Shown here: piece after piece, positions 22,101 through 27,806 of the stretch | How positions within the stretch are numbered: position 1 is the first letter of the stretch | How the letters are laid out: each line of letters begins with the position of its first letter | Assembly (NCBI GenBank): GCA_016748015.1 | Contig: JAAOMT010000236.1 | Coordinates: 75,333-103,138, forward strand | DNA length: 27,806 nucleotides | Origin: Geosiphon pyriformis uo1 | Taxonomy: Eukaryota > Fungi > Glomeromycota | Direction of reading: 5' to 3' | Translations under genes and position numbers: made by a program | The notes under the pieces: generated by a model | Databases searched by the model: none | Seen by the model: the letters and a program-made list of their open reading frames with translations, nothing else | What the model was told of the DNA's origin: nothing

Positions 22101-23773
22101 GCATTGATCAATGGAGCCACCCAAAAAGATATCCACCAAATAAAAGAAGCTGAATATATTGAGTATACCATGGAATTAGCTGGATTTGATTATGAAGATG
22201 ATGTAGAAACCTACCACCAAATTGTAAGCCACACATATCCGACCAAAGAAGCTCAAATTTAATGATTAAAGCAAATGAACATTCAATTGTGTGAAGAATG
22301 TGTTATGTCTTGTGATGACCAATGGTGTTTAGAATGTTATGCTCTTAGCATTCCTCTGCCAGATAAGAATGATGAAGATGAAATCGAATTTGAAGTATCT
22401 GAACTAGTAAAAGAACTACCAACCACTTCCATCTATTTTCTTGAAAAGCAACCATTTCTACAACTTAAATATTTTGACAACCATGGCCAAGGAATTAGAC
22501 CAGAAAAAGCCCACGAAATTGATGCTGGATATGACCTAAGATATCCAGGAAAAAATACTTTGGTTCTCCAACCAAAGTCCTTGACAAAAATCAATCTCAA
22601 AATTGCTCTTGAAATTCTACCAGGAGCAATGGTTCAAATTGCCTCCAGATTATCATTGGCAAGCAAAGGAATCAATATTAAAAGAGGAGTTATAGATGTA
22701 GAATACACTGGAGACATTACTATCATGTTACAGAATGAAACAAACAAATCATTTAAAATTGAACATGCTAAAAAAATTGCTCAAGCAATTTACTTACTCT
22801 TAATTAACATTTCGGGTTTACAATCAGTAAACAACAGAGAACAATTGGGAAAAAGTGAAAGAGGAACTTAAGATTTTGGTTCAACTGGACGATTTACAGT
22901 TCTTGTAAACATAGCTCTAAATACACAAAATAAATCTCACCAGATTCTTCAACTTCCCCAACCAATTACCATTTCATCTTTTAGAGAACATTACAAAATT
23001 TACACTTGCTCGAAACCCACTACTATCTAACAAATCTTTAAATCCAATAAACAAATTTGTTTGAAGCATGAAATATCAATTCCAAATGTTTATATTCCTA
23101 AAGGAATGAAAAAATTTCGAGTTACATTCTACAATCCCAATAATTACCCTATTGTCTTATTAAACAAATTAGAAATTGGAATCATACACAGCAATATCTT
23201 TCAAAATGAAAACCCTCAAATTATCTCTAATTTCATCGAAATTGTAAGGCACACTTTACTCCCAAATCCAAATATCATTCCCACTACTGAAAACTACCAC
23301 TTTTTGGAAGAAAAACTCTCTTAAATCAACATGGGTCCCTTAGAACCTCAACAACAAAGACAATTGAAACAATTGATAGCTGAATTTGCAGATATATTTG
23401 CAAAAGACAACAATGACTTGGGAAAAATGGACATTGTTCAACATCAAATCCATACAGGAGATGCTTCACCAAAACATCAACAAGCTTATCGAGTGCCACC
23501 TGCCAGCCACCAATTCATTAGAGAAGAGATCCAAAGAATGCTCAATAATGGATTGATTCAACCATCAAGAAGTCTTTGGGTCTCACCAGTAGTTTTAGTT
23601 AAAAAGAAAAACGGAAAAATCAGATTCTGTGTTGATTATAAACAACTGAATAGTGTTACAATTGGAGATGCCTACTCTCTTCCAAGAATTGATGACATGC
23701 TAGATGCTCTAGAAAAAGTCAAGTTTTTCTCAACTTTAAACTTGGAAAGTGGATACTAGCAAGTCGAAATAGC
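19122..23773 (+). pseudogene. gag-pol: Single-frame Gag-PR-Cys-rich-dUTPase-RT polyprotein of A2, broken by in-frame stops
   Basis: The ORF pieces at 19122, 20187, 20814, 21252, 21945, 22275, 23061 and 23331 are all in one frame. Knuckle CYYCGILGHWKRDC (20544-20585); protease LILDSR (D at 21213); RT IRFCVDYKQLN. Confidence 0.93.
22464..22889 (+). pseudogene. dut: dUTPase domain of A2
   Basis: DAGYDL, RLSLA, GVIDVEYTGDI, KIAQAI, ERGT*DFGSTG. Confidence 0.93.
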
Positions 23774-24730
23774 ATACGAACTTGAATGCTTAGCAGTAGT
23801 CTGGAGTTGTATTCACTTTGACACATATTTACAGCACCAATCCTTTGAAATTATTACAGATCATAGAGATCTGGTCTGGTTAAATAACAAGAAAGTGCTA
23901 AAAGAAAAATATGCCAGATGGTTACAAATGTTAGCACCATACGATTATATTATCAAATACAAAGAAGATACCAAAAATGCTAATGCTAACTGTTTGTTAA
24001 GAATAAGACATATATAAAAATTACTAACCCATCTGCCACAACAACAATGAACAACCACCTTTATAAAAACTTCAGCCAATACTTGAAAACACTACAAATA
24101 GACAAAGAAATGCCAGTAAAAGAGCTAATTAAACTCCAAAAATTAGCAAAACACTATTTCATCTAATATTACATACTTTATTACCGGAATTGACAAAATT
24201 CAGATAATCTATTAAGAGTTATAATCATAGATGAAAAAGAAACTATCTTATTTAACATGCACTCTGATATTCATTCAGGCCACTTTGGAAAAACCAACAC
24301 TACATTCCATTTAAAAACAGTTTACAGAATTTTCAAAGCATTTGAAAACTGTCACAAACTATTGTTGGATCCAACCATGAACATAATAACAACCAACAGT
24401 ATTGGACGACTTACCAACTCACAATTTCAAGAATTACAACAACAAATTAATAACAAAGTATTGAACCACTATAGTAATGTAAAATTTAATAAAGAAATTA
24501 ACTTTGATTTTGACAGAGCTCAATCTTGAAAGGAGAGAATAATGTTACAGTTTAAGAATTTAGCAAAAGAATCATAAAAATAATATAAACTATTCAATCA
24601 TAATATAGTGCAGTAATAATCTTAGAAAGGTAATGATTAACATAGTAGCAAACACCATTTCGTGATAGTGGCAAGCACCAGTTTACAATAGCAGCCAACA
24701 CCAACTGGTGATAGCAGCAAACACCAGGTT
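23774..24730 (+). mobile_element. Internally deleted 3' part of a divergent Gypsy element B (RNase H end, integrase start, ORF3 end, PPT, partial LTR)
   Basis: RNase H ELECLAVVW...IITDH...NANCLLRIRHI* (stop 24015-24017). Integrase start from ATG 24047 to HSDIHSGHFG. ORF3 tail to DFDRAQS* (24529). PPT GAAAGGAGAGAA (24528-24539). An LTR starting TGTTACAG at 24543 does not match LTR A beyond its first bases. Confidence 0.85.
24642..24726 (+). repeat. Four 16-bp direct repeats with 23-bp period in LTR B
   Basis: ATAGTAGCAAACACCA (24642), ATAGTGGCAAGCACCA (24665), ATAGCAGCCAACACCA (24688), ATAGCAGCAAACACCA (24711). Confidence 0.9.
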
Positions 24731-26420
24731 AAAATATCAAAAAGAAAGTATTACAATGTGTTTTTTCATAAAACTACAAACATGTATATATACAGTAGCT
24801 TTAATATTGAGAAAAGTCAATCAAGTAATAAAAATCATAACTTATTAAGCAATAAATCCAATTTATCTAACAAACTCCACTTTAAAATCGTACTTTTAAA
24901 TCAAAAAGAAATCAAAAAAATATTTAAAACTGAATTATTACAACCCCAAAGTAGTAAGAAACTCACTTGTATTATTTATTAAATGAAACTATTATTCATC
25001 AGCTGAATTCCTTGGAAGAATAATCTCTGATCAAGATTATTCACATTGTTACTAATTAATAAAAGCTTTATTGTAAGAATTAGGAAAAGCACCAAAAGTC
25101 ATTAACATTCCATGTTTTTAGATTAGAGAAACACATCAGGCAATTGCAAGAATAGCTTCAGAGAAGATCTCAGACAATGAGTAGATTTCAGCTTAGCCTC
25201 TAAAAAAGAGTACATAAACACATACAACAATTAGAAATTAAGAAATAACTTACATTGCAACATTAAAAAGAAAGCCTTCAGTATAACAGTGACATTATCA
25301 CACAAATAGAATTGAGGAACTCACAAGAGACTGATTGCAATTAAAATGAGATATCAGCAATTAAATATACTAAGAAAACCATTCCGTAACAATAGTTATC
25401 AATAATCAATTAGGAAAGATCACCAATGCTCAATTTGAAGAATTACAGACTCAAATAATACAAGTAATTCTCAAAAACAAAATTCAGAAAATACTTTAAG
25501 AGGGAGAATTAAAAGAGTTGGATTTTAATGGAGCTCAATATTAAAAAAAAGAAATAATGTTACTCATAGAAATATAGGAAATATATTAGCATAATTATTA
25601 GCCAATCAAAAGTAGACATAGTAAATATGAAATTCTAGGATTCTGCTCAGGAATTGCAAGATTCCAGGAATTACAAAATTCTTATACAAGAAATTGCAGA
25701 ATTCTAAAATTCTAGGATTTCTCTCAAAGGAATTGCAGGATTCCAGAAATTTTAAGACTCTTGTCATGAAGAATTGAGGAATTAAGGAATCTCAATTATG
25801 TATATATAGCAGTAGTGTTAAAAGCTGAAAATACAGACCTTTCAGTTTAGATTTGATCTAAACAACCTTCCAAACCACAATAAATAACTATTTGTTATCT
25901 TAAACTTACTTCCACTATCAACTCTTCATGTTGATAATAATTAATACTTAACCACACCGGAACAATAGCTCTTGATTATGGCTATTGACAGGATACTAAT
26001 TTGTAATTCATCTTGGCTTAATTTTTTACATTTCTTTATTTTCTTTATTTTTTTCTTTGATTTTATTATTGTATACTAATTGATTAAAGGTTAAAAGCAC
26101 TGAGTTATTAACATCATGATAGCCTGGTAAAAGACCCAAAAATAAGAGTAGGATTATATATATTATCGGATAGCTTACCAGAAAAGCATGACTGCCAGAA
26201 TAAATCTGGCCACCAAGCTGAGAAAGAAATTGGGAAACAACTTACAAGAAAACTGCAAATACTATTAACAAGAAATCTCTGTCCATTATACAAAGAACTT
26301 ATTTGGAAAAACCTTCAGATATCAACTACTTAAAACTATTATCAACAATGTGAATAGCTTTTGAACACCAAGTTACGAATTTGTTATTTGACCTGAGACC
26401 CCAAATAATCACCTGTAACA
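24731..26420 (+). mobile_element. 3' end of Gypsy element C: degenerate ORF3, PPT and complete 3' LTR
   Basis: ORF3 remnant ...QLGKITNAQFEELQTQIIQV...ELDFNGAQY* (stop 25542-25544), then an A-rich PPT and TAA-TGTTAC. The left boundary is approximate. Confidence 0.8.
25558..26420 (+). repeat. 3' LTR of element C (863 bp)
   Basis: Termini TGTTAC...GTAACA; TATATATA near 25801. Its 3' end is homologous to the LTR end of element D at 27744-27806 (minus). Confidence 0.85.
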
Positions 26421-27806
26421 TCAGCATTAATTACTTAAATTTGGCATAAATTTCTGTAAAAATATTTTAAATAAGTAATAACTGCTTCTATATTACTTTA
26501 TTTAATAGTAATAAAGCTAATTAACAAGCAATTTATGCTATTATTATTGCTAAAATACTGTAAAAATACAGTTTTAAACATGTTGAAATCTTGAAGTTTG
26601 TTGACAAATTTTAGTACTATAAGTTAACAGTATTTTAGAAAAAGTACAAAATAGCTTAAAATGCTTTGGCATTATTCTATTCATTGATTGTAATGGTTTT
26701 TTCCTATCATTTAGTCATATTTAAGTATTGTTCTCTTTACTAGTGAATTTTTCTAATTTAACAATTGGTACATATATTATTTGTGTGAGTAATAATTGTT
26801 GTTGTAATTGTTGTTGAGATTATTGTTAAAATTGTTGTTATTGTATAGCAATTAATGCAACTGGTGAATTGATTATAATCAACTGAAGATAAGTTTTGTT
26901 AAAAAATAAAAGTAGGGTTTAGATAGTTCAGGTTTTACAGAGTTTAAACAATTGGAGTTTGTATTTCTGAGTTATCTAAGATTAGATTTTAATAATTACT
27001 TTCCTAATTATTATTTTTTTTTTCTTTTGATTTAGTTTTTCCTCAAAGACTGGTAGATTCGAAATTTGGTTGAAATGGCAGTAATCAAAGTCTTAATAGT
27101 ATTGTTAATTGTGATTTAAATCCTTCAAAGTAATTACTTTACATTCCTAATAATTTGTTTTTTTTTTGTTTATTTTAAAATAGTATTCTTGCTAATAATG
27201 TTTTTACAGCTGTTGTAAATGTAATTGCTAATGTTATGTAGATAATATTTTTAGGTGTGTAGTGATATAATGAGTTAATAAATAAATAATTCTTGGTTTT
27301 TTCTAAGTAGACAATTGTATTTTCTTTGATTTTTCTGTTGAAATTTGTAATTTTTCTTTTTTTTTGTTTGCAAAAGTAATAAAAAATTTTTGTTGGATGT
27401 ATTTTTTAATTTTTTTGTTTATTTTTGTAATTAGTAGTGCAAACAGAAAGTTAATAAAAATGTAGTGCTTTGTAATAATTTATTATAAAAATTCTTAAAA
27501 GTGGCTTTTAGATTTCTTTGGTCTCTTAAGTAGTATACAATTTTTTTGTTAACATAATAATTAAAAGCTGATTTTGTTGGCCAATTATCACTGGTTAGTT
27601 CAAAGTAAGTTTAATTGTGTCAGAATAAAGCTTTTGCAAATCTTAAATAGTTTGTTTCTATTATTTCTGATTCTGCCACTTTTTTGAATAATTGCTGTTA
27701 ACACTAGTTTTCTGTTAAATTATATCTTACAAAGAACACCAAATATTACAGATAATTATTTGGAATGTTCAAACAAATAATAAACTCATAACTTAATGCT
27801 TAATAG
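26421..27806 (-). mobile_element. Heavily decayed Gypsy element D (LTR family C): 5' LTR end, PBS and gag
   Basis: Minus strand reads CCAAATAATTATCTGTAATA-TT-TGGTGTTCT (LTR end 27744, PBS 27726-27741). Gag remnants PIVKLEKFTSKENN, AILYFF, QYFSNNNSIN and IK*SNIEAVITYL are homologous to A1/A2 gag. Confidence 0.85.

Larger units (their letters stand above)
18105..23773 (+). mobile_element. Ty3/Gypsy element A2 (same LTR family as A1), 3'-truncated within RT
   Basis: 5' LTR, PBS, gag, protease, Cys-rich domain, dUTPase and N-terminal RT, collinear with A1 in inverted orientation. Confidence 0.94.

Noticed and set aside
22869-22871. TAA at the same codon of dUTPase motif V in A1 (14349-14351) and A2, as a programmed read-through stop
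   Set aside because: It lies inside the conserved RGxxGFGSTG motif and is readily explained by parallel CAA>TAA changes under the heavy transition load. A family consensus would settle it.
24642-24726. CRISPR array
   Set aside because: The repeats (16 bp) and spacers (7 bp) are far too short, there are no cas genes, and the array lies within a eukaryotic LTR.
26421-26424. TCAG after LTR C equals TCAG before LTR A2 (18101-18104), suggesting a TSD around 18105-26420
   Set aside because: The two LTRs are from different families, and the flanks are unrelated (A1 LTR end versus D gag, where TCAG is part of the N-A-D codons). Probably a chance 4-mer.
1-27806. Alternative genetic code explaining the many in-frame stops
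   Set aside because: All three stop codons occur, at W, Q and R positions, and mostly differ between copies. They are accompanied by matching missense G>A/C>T changes, which indicates mutational decay.

Overview
This window is a very AT-rich, CpG-poor eukaryotic retrotransposon nest with no host gene. The sequence style suggests a Glomeromycota-type fungus, but that is inference only. Left part: a near full-length degenerate APE-type LINE (~144-7615, +; ORF1 RRM/CCHC, ORF2 EN-RT-RNaseH-Zn) carries a solo LTR (367-1347) with a 4-bp TSD. A second copy of the same LINE (8023-9278) is interrupted by a nearly complete Ty3/Gypsy element, A1 (9279-18104, -). A related element, A2 (18105-~23773, +), sits head-to-head, 9 bp inside the 5' LTR of A1. 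It is followed by fused fragments of two further Gypsy families (B, C) and by an older minus-strand element D. The Gypsy elements share an unusual organisation: (1) a single-frame Gag-protease-Cys-rich domain-dUTPase-RT-RNaseH polyprotein; (2) an integrase in its own ATG-initiated ORF after a real stop codon, seen in two divergent families; (3) a ~225-aa unknown ORF3 ending in DFDGAQS* on top of the PPT, seen in three families. Each LTR family has its own short-period repeat array in U3. All coding regions are inactivated mainly by C>T/G>A transitions. All translations and alignments were done by eye; no database searches were run.
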